From an uncultured Mycoplasmatota bacterium (GTDB taxonomy: Bacteria; Bacillota_I; Bacilli_A; RF39; UBA660): a DNA stretch of 30,946 nucleotides. This document shows, piece after piece, positions 1-8,692 of this stretch. The notes under the pieces were generated by a model. The model was not told the DNA's origin. It made no database searches and saw only the letters and a program-made list of their open reading frames with translations. Positions within the stretch are counted from its first letter, which is position 1. The number at the start of each line of letters is the position of its first letter. The stretch spans positions 1 to 30,946 of the forward strand of contig CANTCQ010000013.1 of the NCBI GenBank assembly GCA_947652325.1, in the 5' to 3' direction. A program made the position numbers and the translations under genes.

Positions 1-1198
1 TAAAAAGAATGAAAAACACAATAGCAAGAATACTTACCCCAAAAATAAATTTTGTATACCGATAACGAATATTTTCTTTTAAATAAATATCGTAAGAATA
101 CAAAACATCCTCCTGGTATTTTACTTTAACGGTTCCCAATTTATCGTTTAACTTCACTTTATAATTAAGTGTTTTTATACCTTCATAATCGTATTGTATA
201 TCTGTTAACATCTCTTCTTTAACATACATTGTAATATCTTTATCACTTGTAATGGTATACGTTTTATCAAAACCATCCTCAATATCTAATGTAATAATGG
301 TTTGGTCTTTTTTTAAAATACCATGATACAAAAAATTATCAAAAAAGTAATCATAAATCGCTATGCTATCCACAATATGATTGGGAAATCCATTAGCATA
401 TAAAGAGTTAGCAACAATGAGTAAATAAGAAATGCCATCTTTCACTGCAAGACTAGAAAGACATAAACCTGCTTGATTGGTATATCCTGATTTAGAACCT
501 TTTATGTATGAGACATCTAAACCATATCTTTTAGAGGGCGATACCAAAGTGCTAAATAATTCCAAATGATTTGTAGTTGTATAAGTTCTTGTGGTATAAA
601 TCTCATAAAATATTTCATTTTCTAAAGCATATAACAACAACTTAGAAATATCTTCGAGAGTAGAATAATTATCTACATCATCTCTACCAACTGGATTACT
701 GTAATGTGTATTTTGCATTCCAATTTCTTCCGCAAGCAAATTCATTTCTGTAACAAAAGCTTCCACTGAGCCTGATACATAAATAGCAAGAGCTTGTGCA
801 GCTTCTACACCACTTGGAAGAAGAGTTCCATATAATAAATCTCTTATGGTAACTCTATCCCCCATTTTAAAACCAGCTTCTGCATATCCAGATGTATTAT
901 AAAAAGCTCCTTTAGGTATTGTTATCTTTTCCTCTAAATTATCCACTTTAGAAAGAGTAACTATCGAAGTCATTATTTTCGTTAAACTTGCAATAGCAAT
1001 TTTTTCATTACTATTTTCTTTATACACTATCTTTTTATCATTTAAATTATAAAGTAAAATATTTTGTGCTTTTACACTCGAAAGTTCATCAAAATTTAAT
1101 CCTTCTAAATAAGAATAATCGCTTTTTTTAGCACTTACTGAAGAGAAAAAAAGAAAAAAGAAAAATAACAGAAAAAAAGGATTTAAAATTTTTTTCAT
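1..1198 (-). CDS. D-alanyl-D-alanine carboxypeptidase (peptidase S11, PBP5-like); the C-terminus runs off the left edge
   Basis: Absent from the ORF track because it is open at the window edge. Hand translation from ATG 1198..1196 gives MKKILNPFFLLFFFF (signal/anchor), then KIAIASLTKIMT (SxxK), LLPSGVEAAQALA (SxN position) and GSKSGYTNQAG (KTG-type KSG). The frame stays open to position 2. Confidence 0.75.
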   Translation of the reverse strand, partial: MKKILNPFFLLFFFFLFFSSVSAKKSDYSYLEGLNFDELSSVKAQNILLYNLNDKKIVYKENSNEKIAIASLTKIMTSIVTLSKVDNLEEKITIPKGAFYNTSGYAEAGFKMGDRVTIRDLLYGTLLPSGVEAAQALAIYVSGSVEAFVTEMNLLAEEIGMQNTHYSNPVGRDDVDNYSTLEDISKLLLYALENEIFYEIYTTRTYTTTNHLELFSTLVSPSKRYGLDVSYIKGSKSGYTNQAGLCLSSLAVKDGISYLLIVANSLYANGFPNHIVDSIAIYDYFFDNFLYHGILKKDQTIITLDIEDGFDKTYTITSDKDITMYVKEEMLTDIQYDYEGIKTLNYKVKLNDKLGTVKVKYQEDVLYSYDIYLKENIRYRYTKFIFGVSILAIVFFILF

Positions 1199-1294
1199 AA
1201 CACACCTCTTATTTTAATAAAGTATATCATAAACTATAATAAACTTTTTATTTTTCTAAAATTCGTATTAAAATAAAAAATAGGAGCATAAAAA

Positions 1295-2245
1295 ATGGAA
1301 ATTAATATTTTATTATTAATATTGGGTTTTATTTTATTAATAAAAGGAGCTGACATTCTTGTTGATGGAGCCTCTTCTACAGCTGGAAATTTTAAAGTTT
1401 CTAAAATGTTAATTGGCTTAACAATAGTAGCATTTGGAACAAGTACACCAGAATTGGCTGTATCCATAAGTGCTTTGGCATCAAAAAGTACAGATATGGT
1501 TCTTGGAAATGTAATTGGAAGTAATATTTTAAATATTTTATTGATTTTAGGCATAGCTGGAATCATTCATCCGATTAAAATTAAAGACAATACGGTCAAA
1601 AAAGAAATCCCTCTTTGTATTCTTATATCCAGTTTATTAGTCGTATTATTTTTAGATATTAAATTAGGAAATGGTTTAGTAAATGAAATTACAAGAGGAG
1701 ATGCTTTTGTTATTTTATTATTTTTCTTAATTTTTGTTTATTACTTAATTACTTTAGCAAAAGCTAAAAAAGAAAATAAGGAAGTAGAAACTCCTAAATT
1801 TAAATTAGGGAAATCTTTATTCTTTGTTTTACTAGGACTTGTTGGAATTATACTAGGGAGTGACTTAGTTGTTGATAGTGCTTCTAATATTGCAGCTGCT
1901 CTAAAAATAAGTGAACGTATTATTTCACTTACTGTAATTGCATTCGGAACATCTTTACCAGAACTTGTTACAACCATTGTCTCTTCTAAAAAAGGAGAAC
2001 AAGATTTATTACTAGGAAACATTATTGGAAGTAATATTTTTAATATCTGTATCGTTTTAGGAGTTCCTGTTGCTTTATTTGGCACAATTACTCCAGAAAG
2101 CTTTCAAATAATAGATTTAATCATGCTAATAGCATCTTCCGTTCTTCTTTATATTTTTTCCAAAACAAAAAAAGAAATTACCCACAATGAAAGCTTATTT
2201 ATGTTACTTTTATTTGCTATTTATTATACCATTATATTTTTATAA
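1295..2245 (+). CDS. Ca2+/Na+ antiporter, CaCA (YrbG-like) family
   Basis: 316-aa polytopic membrane protein with two alpha-repeats (GTSTPELAVSI...GNVIGSNILNILLILG and GTSLPELVTTI...GNIIGSNIFNICIVLG). RBS AGGAG lies 8 nt upstream of the ATG. Confidence 0.85.
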   Translation: MEINILLLILGFILLIKGADILVDGASSTAGNFKVSKMLIGLTIVAFGTSTPELAVSISALASKSTDMVLGNVIGSNILNILLILGIAGIIHPIKIKDNTVKKEIPLCILISSLLVVLFLDIKLGNGLVNEITRGDAFVILLFFLIFVYYLITLAKAKKENKEVETPKFKLGKSLFFVLLGLVGIILGSDLVVDSASNIAAALKISERIISLTVIAFGTSLPELVTTIVSSKKGEQDLLLGNIIGSNIFNICIVLGVPVALFGTITPESFQIIDLIMLIASSVLLYIFSKTKKEITHNESLFMLLLFAIYYTIIFL

Positions 2246-3658
2246 TTTTTGTTTTTTCAATAATTGTATAATTTCATCTGCATGTCCTAAGGTACTTTTA
2301 ACTTGTTCATGAAATTTACCTATAGAAATAATTTGCTCTGTTATTCCTTTAGATAAGCCTTGTTCTAAGGTTGTTTTAATAAAATGAGGAAGAATATTAA
2401 TTCCTGTATTCGTAATATTTTTTATATCACTTATTGTACGATTTACATAAAATTCTGCAATTTGTTTACCTAAAAGTTGTTCGGTAGATTTTGAATTTTT
2501 AAAAATAGTATTTATTCCAAACAAAGACACAAATGCTTTTGCCATTTTATATAAATTTGGATAGGGTTCAATATTAAATTTAGTATATATTTCTATCATA
2601 TTAATATAAAACTTTGTAACAGGAATATTTTTGAATTGTTTACAACAAGCTTCTACTTCTTTCTTAAAAATTTCTATATCAACATCTTTTTTATTACAAC
2701 CATCTAAAAGCAGTGATGTTAATTCTTCTATATTACATAAATAAGCATTTAAAAATAAATTTCGAACAAAATGAACTTCATCTTTAGAAAAAGAAAAAAT
2801 AAGTCCCATATCTAAAAATCCAATATTTCCGTTCTTTTCAATATAAATGTTTCCACCATGTGGGTCTCCATGAAAAATAACAGGCATATTATGAAACAAA
2901 GCATAAAAGCTAAGAACTACATAATCATTTAAACTTTTTTTTATTAATTCTTTATTTTTAGCTGTAGGTAACATTTGGTTAATCGTTTTTGAAAAGATAA
3001 ATTCCATAACAATAATATTATTTGTACATAACTTATTATAGACTTTTGGTACAACAATCTTTTTGGTTCCAGAAACCTTTCCATTGATAGAATTAGCAAA
3101 ACGATAATATTTATAAATATTATTTCTTTCATTTTGAAAATCCGTTTCTTCTTTTATCCACTCTAAAAAAAGAACTAAAGCTGTGTCACTTCCTAAATAA
3201 TTTTTAAATTTAAAAATTTTACCAAAACGATGCACTATTCTTCTGATTTGTTTAATGTCCTTTTCTATTTTCTTTGTAACATCTTTTCTTTTGATTTTAA
3301 TAGCAACTACATTTCCATTTTTTAAAATAGCTTTATGAACTTGAGAAATAGAAGCAGAACCTACAGGAGTCTCAAATACCTTTTTGAATTTTTTTTCTAT
3401 AGAACAACCATATTCCTTTTCCAACATTTTTTTTATTTTCTTAAAAGCAATTGGATTACAATGGTCACAAATCTTAGATAACTGCTGTCTATCTTCTTCT
3501 GTAAATAAATTTCCCACATTTTGCATAGCTAACATTTGTGCAAATTTAATATAAACAACTCCCATTTTTTCCACAAAATTTAAAATACACTTTCCAGTAT
3601 TTTTTCTAAAAACAAATTTTTTAATTACCATAAGAAGCCCATAAAAATATAACTTCAT
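2240..3658 (-). CDS. ABC1/UbiB (AarF-domain) atypical kinase family protein
   Basis: Motifs KFAQMLAMQ, PVGSASISQVHKA, VAIKIKR and HGDPHGGNI are typical of ABC1/UbiB kinases. I prefer the start at ATG 3658 (MKLYFYG), which is preceded by GAAAGGTG, over the track start at 3676. Confidence 0.8.
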   Translation of the reverse strand: MKLYFYGLLMVIKKFVFRKNTGKCILNFVEKMGVVYIKFAQMLAMQNVGNLFTEEDRQQLSKICDHCNPIAFKKIKKMLEKEYGCSIEKKFKKVFETPVGSASISQVHKAILKNGNVVAIKIKRKDVTKKIEKDIKQIRRIVHRFGKIFKFKNYLGSDTALVLFLEWIKEETDFQNERNNIYKYYRFANSINGKVSGTKKIVVPKVYNKLCTNNIIVMEFIFSKTINQMLPTAKNKELIKKSLNDYVVLSFYALFHNMPVIFHGDPHGGNIYIEKNGNIGFLDMGLIFSFSKDEVHFVRNLFLNAYLCNIEELTSLLLDGCNKKDVDIEIFKKEVEACCKQFKNIPVTKFYINMIEIYTKFNIEPYPNLYKMAKAFVSLFGINTIFKNSKSTEQLLGKQIAEFYVNRTISDIKNITNTGINILPHFIKTTLEQGLSKGITEQIISIGKFHEQVKSTLGHADEIIQLLKKQKL

Positions 3659-3862
3659 ACAAACACCTTTCCCCATTTTTAATAATTCGACATTATATCT
3701 ATATATTTTTAAAGGTTTTAAATTATTTTTTTTACTTCCAATATTTATTATTAGTATTTAAATAAAATCTGACCTCTTTAATAAATTATAGCACTAATTT
3801 TTAGTTTTAAAAAGATACTCTTACATTTTTTACGATTTTCTAAAACATTTTTTTCAGAAAAT

Positions 3863-4702
3863 TCAATCATGATTATCGCCATTATAAAAGTCTAAAAAAT
3901 GATAAGCTTTTCCCGAATTTTTATACCCTAAAATACAGTGCATATTAATATTAGTCATGCTCTTAAAAAGATTATCATCAATATCTTTATTTTTTTTACG
4001 TAAATCTTCTATTAACTTTTTCATTTCAAGTCTTTTACTCTTACCTTCATCAACAAGGGAAGTATTTTCTGTAAAACGACAAGCACAATTTAAAAAAGTT
4101 AAATCATTAAACTGTTTCCAAGCAAGAATACTACTTTCTTTTACCAAATACAAAGGTCGAATAAGCTCTAAGCCTTCAAAATTTTCACTATGAAGTTTAG
4201 GCATCATTGTTTTCACTTCTGCACCATAAAACATTGATAAAAGTGTAGTTTCAATCACATCATCAAAATGATGACCCAAAGCAATTTTATTACATCCTAA
4301 TTTTTTTGCTTTATTATACAAATGTCCTCTTCGCATACGGGCACAAAGATAACATGGATTTCCTTCATTTAAAGTATTTACAACAGCAAAAATATCAGTA
4401 TTGAACATTTCAATGGGAATATGCAAATCCTCTGCATTTTTTATTATAAGTTCTTTGTTTTTTTCATTGTATCCTGGATTCATAACAACATACAAAGCCT
4501 CAAAATGAATTTTTCCATGCCGTTTTATTTCTTGTATACATTTGGCAAGTAAAAAAGAATCTTTCCCTCCACTAACACAAACCATAATTTTATCATTTTC
4601 TTCAATTAAGGCATAATCTTTAACCCCTTTTATAAAACGACTCCAAATTTCTTTACGATATGTTTTTATAATACTTCTCTCTACTTCTTTATATTTTTCC
4701 AT
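3863..4702 (-). CDS. ttcA: tRNA 2-thiocytidine(32) synthetase TtcA-like PP-loop ATPase
   Basis: SGGKDS PP-loop plus CYLCARMRR and NCACRF cysteine motifs, 279 aa. RBS AGGTGAT is upstream. The gene ends on TGA. Confidence 0.8.
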   Translation of the reverse strand: MEKYKEVERSIIKTYRKEIWSRFIKGVKDYALIEENDKIMVCVSGGKDSFLLAKCIQEIKRHGKIHFEALYVVMNPGYNEKNKELIIKNAEDLHIPIEMFNTDIFAVVNTLNEGNPCYLCARMRRGHLYNKAKKLGCNKIALGHHFDDVIETTLLSMFYGAEVKTMMPKLHSENFEGLELIRPLYLVKESSILAWKQFNDLTFLNCACRFTENTSLVDEGKSKRLEMKKLIEDLRKKNKDIDDNLFKSMTNINMHCILGYKNSGKAYHFLDFYNGDNHD

Positions 4703-4737
4703 TCTAAATCACCTAACATAATAAATCAATTATTTCT

Positions 4738-4950
4738 TTAAAAAAATCTCGAAATTTTTTTGAAATCTGACACAACCAACTTAAAGATATATATAATAGT
4801 AAACAATAACGAAGCCAGACATACTAGAAATCTTAAAAATTCATCTGGATTTACAAAAACAAAAATTTGAAAAAGAAAAATCAAAATTCCCAATAAAATA
4901 AAACATACATACATTATTTTTTGCAATACAATCACCTTTTTATATAACAT
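4738..4950 (-). CDS. Hypothetical small membrane protein (two predicted TM helices); may be spurious
   Basis: 70-aa ORF starting 7 nt after the tRNA terminator tail with no recognisable RBS. Its hydrophobic, Phe/Ile/Leu-rich composition is also what AT-rich noncoding DNA yields on translation. Confidence 0.25.
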   Translation of the reverse strand: MLYKKVIVLQKIMYVCFILLGILIFLFQIFVFVNPDEFLRFLVCLASLLFTIIYIFKLVVSDFKKISRFF

Positions 4951-4954
4951 TTAT

Positions 4955-4990
4955 TTTAAACAAAAGCACTGGAATATCTATTTCCAATGC
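4955..4990 (-). terminator. Rho-independent terminator downstream of tRNA-Glu
   Basis: On the minus-strand RNA, gcauuggaa-auagaua-uuccagugc forms a 9-bp stem (one G-U pair) followed by UUUUGUUU. Confidence 0.6.
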
Positions 4991-5030
4991 TTTATTATAT
5001 ACCCATTTCACAAACGAAATATTTTCTTCT

Positions 5031-5107
5031 TGGTAGCCTGTACGGGTTTCGAACCCGTGAATACCACCTTGAGAGGGTGGCGTGTTAAACCCCTTCACCA
5101 ACAGGCC
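5031..5107 (-). tRNA. tRNA-Glu, anticodon CUC, with encoded CCA
   Basis: Folded by hand: acceptor GGCCTGT/ACAGGCT, anticodon stem CCACC/GGTGG with loop CTCTCAA (anticodon CTC), T-arm ACGGG-TTCGAAA-CCCGT, discriminator A, then CCA. Overall it is similar to bacterial tRNA-Glu. Confidence 0.85.
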
Positions 5108-5115
5108 TTAATTAA

Positions 5116-5121
5116 ATTATA
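5116..5121 (-). promoter_or_regulatory. Candidate -10 box (TATAAT) for the tRNA-Glu transcript
   Basis: TATAAT on the minus strand ends 8 nt upstream of the mature tRNA 5' end. The -35 is weak. Confidence 0.3.
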
Positions 5122-5268
5122 TCTTGTTAAGACAATACTAATTTAACACAAACTAAAACCTCTTACAATACTTTTATCTATTTTTTCAAAAATAATTTAT
5201 ATCTATTTATAAATTTTCTTTTACAAAATACTTATACTGACTATTGAATACTAAAAAACGAATAACAA

Positions 5269-5296
5269 TTGCAATTTTTAAAACATAAGTTATAAT
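5269..5296 (+). promoter_or_regulatory. SigA-type promoter for murC
   Basis: TTGCAA, a 16-nt spacer, then TATAAT, ending 24 nt upstream of the murC ATG. Confidence 0.5.
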
Positions 5297-5320
5297 AAGT
5301 ACGAAAGAAGTGATTTACTC

Positions 5321-6712
5321 ATGAAATTTGAAAGCTTACAAAAATATAAAAAAATTCATATGATAGGTATTGGAGGAGTCAGCATGAGTGGTTTAGCAGA
5401 ACTCCTAAGCCATTTTGGCTTTATCATAACAGGAAGTGATGCACATGAAAGTGAAAATACAAATCATTTAAAATCTTTAGGATTAGATATTACAATTGGT
5501 CATAATCGAAAAAAAATAGAAGAAGCTGATTTAGTTGTTTATACGGCTGCGATTCCTTCTAATGATGAAGAATTTGTTTACGCCAAAGAAAAAAAGATAC
5601 AAATGATGGAACGAAGTGAATTTCTAGGAGAAATTACAAAGTGTTATCAAGAATGCATTTGTATAAGTGGGACACATGGGAAAACAACAACAACTTCTAT
5701 GATTTCTATGTGTTTTTTACAGGCCTCAAAAGACCCCACCATTGAAGTCGGTGCTTATTTAAAATCAATTGGTGGAAACAATAAAACGGGTAACAGTGAA
5801 TATTTCATTTTAGAAGCTTGTGAATATGTAGATTCTTTCCTAAAATTTAATCCACATGCTATTGTAATTCTAAATATTGATAACGACCATTTAGACTATT
5901 TTAAAAATTTGGAAAATATCAAAAATTCTTTTTATAAATTTACTGAACGATTAAATGATACGGGAATAATTATAGCAAATCTTGATGATGAAAATACAAA
6001 AGATGTTCTAAAAAAAACAAAACATACTGTGATTACATATGGAATCAAAAACGAAGATGCTTCTTTTACAGCTACTAATATAAAATTAGATAACTATGGA
6101 TATCCTACTTTTGATTGTTTAAAAAATAAAGAGTATTATGAAACCTTTACTTTAAATGTTCATGGAAAGCACAATATTTTAAATGCATTAGCAACCATTG
6201 CAACTTGCGATTATTATAAATTAGAAAAACAAGATATAAAAGAAGGATTAAAAAATTTCACAGGAGCAAATAGACGTTTTGAAAAAATAGGAGAATATGA
6301 AAACATACCTATATTTGATGACTATGCACATCATCCAACAGAAATCAAAACAACTTATCTTTGTTCTACAGAAATTTCTCATAACAAAACCTGGGCTATT
6401 TTTGAACCACACACTTATTCTAGAACAGAAAGTCATTTAACTAGTTTTGCAAATATTTTAAAAAATTTTGACCATATTATTTTAGCGCCTATCTATGCAG
6501 CTAGAGAACAAAATAAAACTGGCATTTCTTCTCAAGATTTAGAAATACTTATTAAAAAAGAAAATCCGAATTGTATTTTTCTAGATTCTTATGAAAAAAT
6601 TATTTCTTACTTAAAGGAAAATGTAAAACAAGGAGATATTATCATTACCATCGGCGCTGGAACAATTAATAAAGTTGGATATCAACTAATATCCAAAAGA
6701 AAAAATTCTTAA
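5321..6712 (+). CDS. murC: UDP-N-acetylmuramate--L-alanine ligase
   Basis: The N-terminus IHMIGIGGVSMSGLAELLSHFGFIITGSD is the MurC signature. It also has the Mur ligase P-loop ISGTHGKTTTTSM, DNDHLDY, and a length of 463 aa. Confidence 0.92.
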   Translation: MKFESLQKYKKIHMIGIGGVSMSGLAELLSHFGFIITGSDAHESENTNHLKSLGLDITIGHNRKKIEEADLVVYTAAIPSNDEEFVYAKEKKIQMMERSEFLGEITKCYQECICISGTHGKTTTTSMISMCFLQASKDPTIEVGAYLKSIGGNNKTGNSEYFILEACEYVDSFLKFNPHAIVILNIDNDHLDYFKNLENIKNSFYKFTERLNDTGIIIANLDDENTKDVLKKTKHTVITYGIKNEDASFTATNIKLDNYGYPTFDCLKNKEYYETFTLNVHGKHNILNALATIATCDYYKLEKQDIKEGLKNFTGANRRFEKIGEYENIPIFDDYAHHPTEIKTTYLCSTEISHNKTWAIFEPHTYSRTESHLTSFANILKNFDHIILAPIYAAREQNKTGISSQDLEILIKKENPNCIFLDSYEKIISYLKENVKQGDIIITIGAGTINKVGYQLISKRKNS

Positions 6713-6722
6713 TTTATATAAT

Positions 6723-6752
6723 AAAAAAATGACTACTCAAAGTCATTTTTTT
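6723..6752. terminator. Bidirectional intrinsic terminator between convergent murC and the lipoprotein gene
   Basis: aaaaaaatgact-actcaa-agtcattttttt: a hairpin flanked by an A-run and a T-run, so it reads as stem plus U-tail on both strands. Confidence 0.6.
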
Positions 6753-6753
6753 A

Positions 6754-7206
6754 TTATTTTTCACAAGTAATACCAGCTGATTCGTAAGCACTTTTTAAAT
6801 CTTCTAGTTTTATTTTTCCATCTTTAATTAGTTGTCCATTAGCAGAATCAATTTCAAGCATTTTCTTAGTATCAATTTTTTCATAGTCAATCTCTACAGT
6901 ACTAATTAAGGTATTGTCTTGCACTTCTACATTATAATTATAATGTTCCACATCTTTATAGGGTGCATAAGTAGTTTCCACTGTATTTTTATAAGTTTCC
7001 AATAATTCGCTATCCCCATCAATCGTAATTTTCTCCGTTGTTTTTACTTTAGATACAGTATCTTTTTTGTAGTCTACTTCATAATGTAAATCAGCATTCA
7101 TACCATTTTGATTCATTTTTCTCGTACAAGTCATTGTTTTCATTTCATTTCCACAACCAGTAGCAAACAATAAAACCAAACTTACCACTACTAAAACTTT
7201 TTTCAA
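6754..7206 (-). CDS. Lipoprotein, YehR/DUF1307-like
   Basis: Lipobox LLFATGC. The likely true start is TTG 7206..7204 (giving MKKVLVVVSLVLLFATGC), preceded by AGGAAAGGTG. The track start at 7260 adds an unlikely extension. Size and the C-terminal pattern (IDYEKID...LKSAYESAGI) resemble DUF1307. Confidence 0.6.
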   Translation of the reverse strand: MKKVLVVVSLVLLFATGCGNEMKTMTCTRKMNQNGMNADLHYEVDYKKDTVSKVKTTEKITIDGDSELLETYKNTVETTYAPYKDVEHYNYNVEVQDNTLISTVEIDYEKIDTKKMLEIDSANGQLIKDGKIKLEDLKSAYESAGITCEK

Positions 7207-7266
7207 ATTTCTCACACCTTTCCTAATTATAAATATAACAGAAAAAAACAAAATATGCAAAAGAAA

Positions 7267-7295
7267 TAGTCAATTTCTAAAATATGGTCTATAAT
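7267..7295 (+). promoter_or_regulatory. Candidate SigA-type promoter for murD
   Basis: TAGTCA, a 17-nt spacer, then TATAAT, ending 40 nt upstream of the ATG. RBS GGAGG follows. Confidence 0.4.
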
Positions 7296-7335
7296 AAAGC
7301 ATATAATTTTAAAAAGAAATAACGGAGGTTCGTAA

Positions 7336-8664
7336 ATGATAAAGCAAAATAAAGTATTAATTTTAGGAATGGCTAGAAGTGGGATTGCCATTGCTAAACT
7401 TCTAACCAATTATCAAAATGAAATTTTCTTAAGTGATATACAAGAGCAAGATAAAATATTGATAGAAGAATTAGGAAAATTAGGAATTAAAATAGTGATT
7501 ACAAAAGAACAAGAAAACTTAGTGAATTCCTCTTTTGATTATATCATTAAAAATCCAGCCATAAGAAAAGACCATCCTGCTTTAAAAAAAGCAAGAAACT
7601 TACAAATTCCAATTATTAACGAAATGGAAGCCTGTTTTCCACTTCTTCCAAAAGATATTACCATTATCGGAATTACTGGTTCCAATGGAAAAACAACGAC
7701 TACTACTATTATTTATGAACTTTTAAAAAAGAAATACAAGGTACATGTTGGAGGAAATATTGGAACCCCTCTTGCCACTCTAGTCCCTCTTATTAAAAAA
7801 AAGGATATTGTAGTACTTGAAATATCAGACCATCAATTAGTAGACATGTATCATTTTAAAACAAATATTAGTGTTATTACGAATCTAAGCCAAGTACACC
7901 TTGATTTCCATGGTTCCTATGAAAAATACAAAGAAGCAAAAAAAAGAATATGCAACAATCATTTAGAAGAAGATATAGTGATACTTAATAAAGATAATCA
8001 AGAAGTACTAGATTTAATCAAAAACGTTTCTTCTAAAAAGCTTTATTTTTCTAAAAAAGAAAAAGCAGATGTTTACTTAGAAAATAACCAAATTTTTTAT
8101 CAAAATGAAAAAATAATAGATTGCAATGCTATTAAAATTAAAGGAATGCATAATTATGAAAACTGCATGGTTGGCATTTTACTTGCGAAAATGTTTAAAG
8201 TTTCAAATAAAGAGATAAACGAATTTTTAAGTAAATTTCAAGGCGTAGAACATCGGTTAGAATTTGTGCGTACTCTAAAGGGAAGAAAATTTTACAACGA
8301 TTCCAAATCTACAAATAACGAATCAACTATTATTGCACTAAATTCCTTTAAAGAGCCTACTTTGCTTCTAATGGGAGGTCTTGATAGAAACATTCCTTTT
8401 GATGAAATCAACAATTCTTTAATGCATGTAAAATATATTCTTTGTTATGGAGAAACCAAAGAAAAAATAAAAGAATTTGCTCTTAAAAATAATAAAGAAG
8501 TTGTTGTTTTATCTACGCTAAAAGAAGCAATCAAAAAAGCATATGAATTAAGTTGCGAAGGCGATATTATTCTTTTAAGTCCTGCTTGTGCTTCTTGGGA
8601 CCAATACCCAGACTTTGAAAAAAGAGGAGAAGAATTTAAAAATATAGTAAATCAATTAATATAA
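7336..8664 (+). CDS. murD: UDP-N-acetylmuramoylalanine--D-glutamate ligase
   Basis: N-terminus VLILGMARSGIAIAKLL, P-loop ITGSNGKTTTTT, EISDHQL, HNYENCM and GVEHRLEFV; 442 aa. Confidence 0.9.
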   Translation: MIKQNKVLILGMARSGIAIAKLLTNYQNEIFLSDIQEQDKILIEELGKLGIKIVITKEQENLVNSSFDYIIKNPAIRKDHPALKKARNLQIPIINEMEACFPLLPKDITIIGITGSNGKTTTTTIIYELLKKKYKVHVGGNIGTPLATLVPLIKKKDIVVLEISDHQLVDMYHFKTNISVITNLSQVHLDFHGSYEKYKEAKKRICNNHLEEDIVILNKDNQEVLDLIKNVSSKKLYFSKKEKADVYLENNQIFYQNEKIIDCNAIKIKGMHNYENCMVGILLAKMFKVSNKEINEFLSKFQGVEHRLEFVRTLKGRKFYNDSKSTNNESTIIALNSFKEPTLLLMGGLDRNIPFDEINNSLMHVKYILCYGETKEKIKEFALKNNKEVVVLSTLKEAIKKAYELSCEGDIILLSPACASWDQYPDFEKRGEEFKNIVNQLI

Positions 8665-8691
8665 AAAGCAGGATTAAAAATTCTGCTTTTT
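8663..8691. terminator. Bidirectional intrinsic terminator between convergent murD and the 597-aa ORF
   Basis: aaaaagcagga-ttaaaaa-ttctgcttttt: a stem with an A-run on one side and a T-run on the other. Confidence 0.55.
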
Positions 8692-8692
8692 A

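Noticed and set aside
1234-2085. Track ORFs 1234..1566 and 1741..2085 on the minus strand.
   Set aside because: Both lie antisense inside the well-supported CaCA antiporter gene. They have no RBS and show the composition typical of shadow frames in AT-rich DNA.
2944-4193. Track ORFs 2944..3132 (-) and 3957..4193 (+).
   Set aside because: They are embedded in the ABC1 kinase and ttcA genes (alternate frame and antisense, respectively). The host genes are strongly supported.
5108-5320. Riboswitch or T-box leader upstream of murC, or (10487..10620 and 13599..13750) upstream of the gltX operon.
   Set aside because: These regions are short and extremely AT-rich. They lack the G/C-rich conserved helices or specifier/T-box elements that such leaders require.
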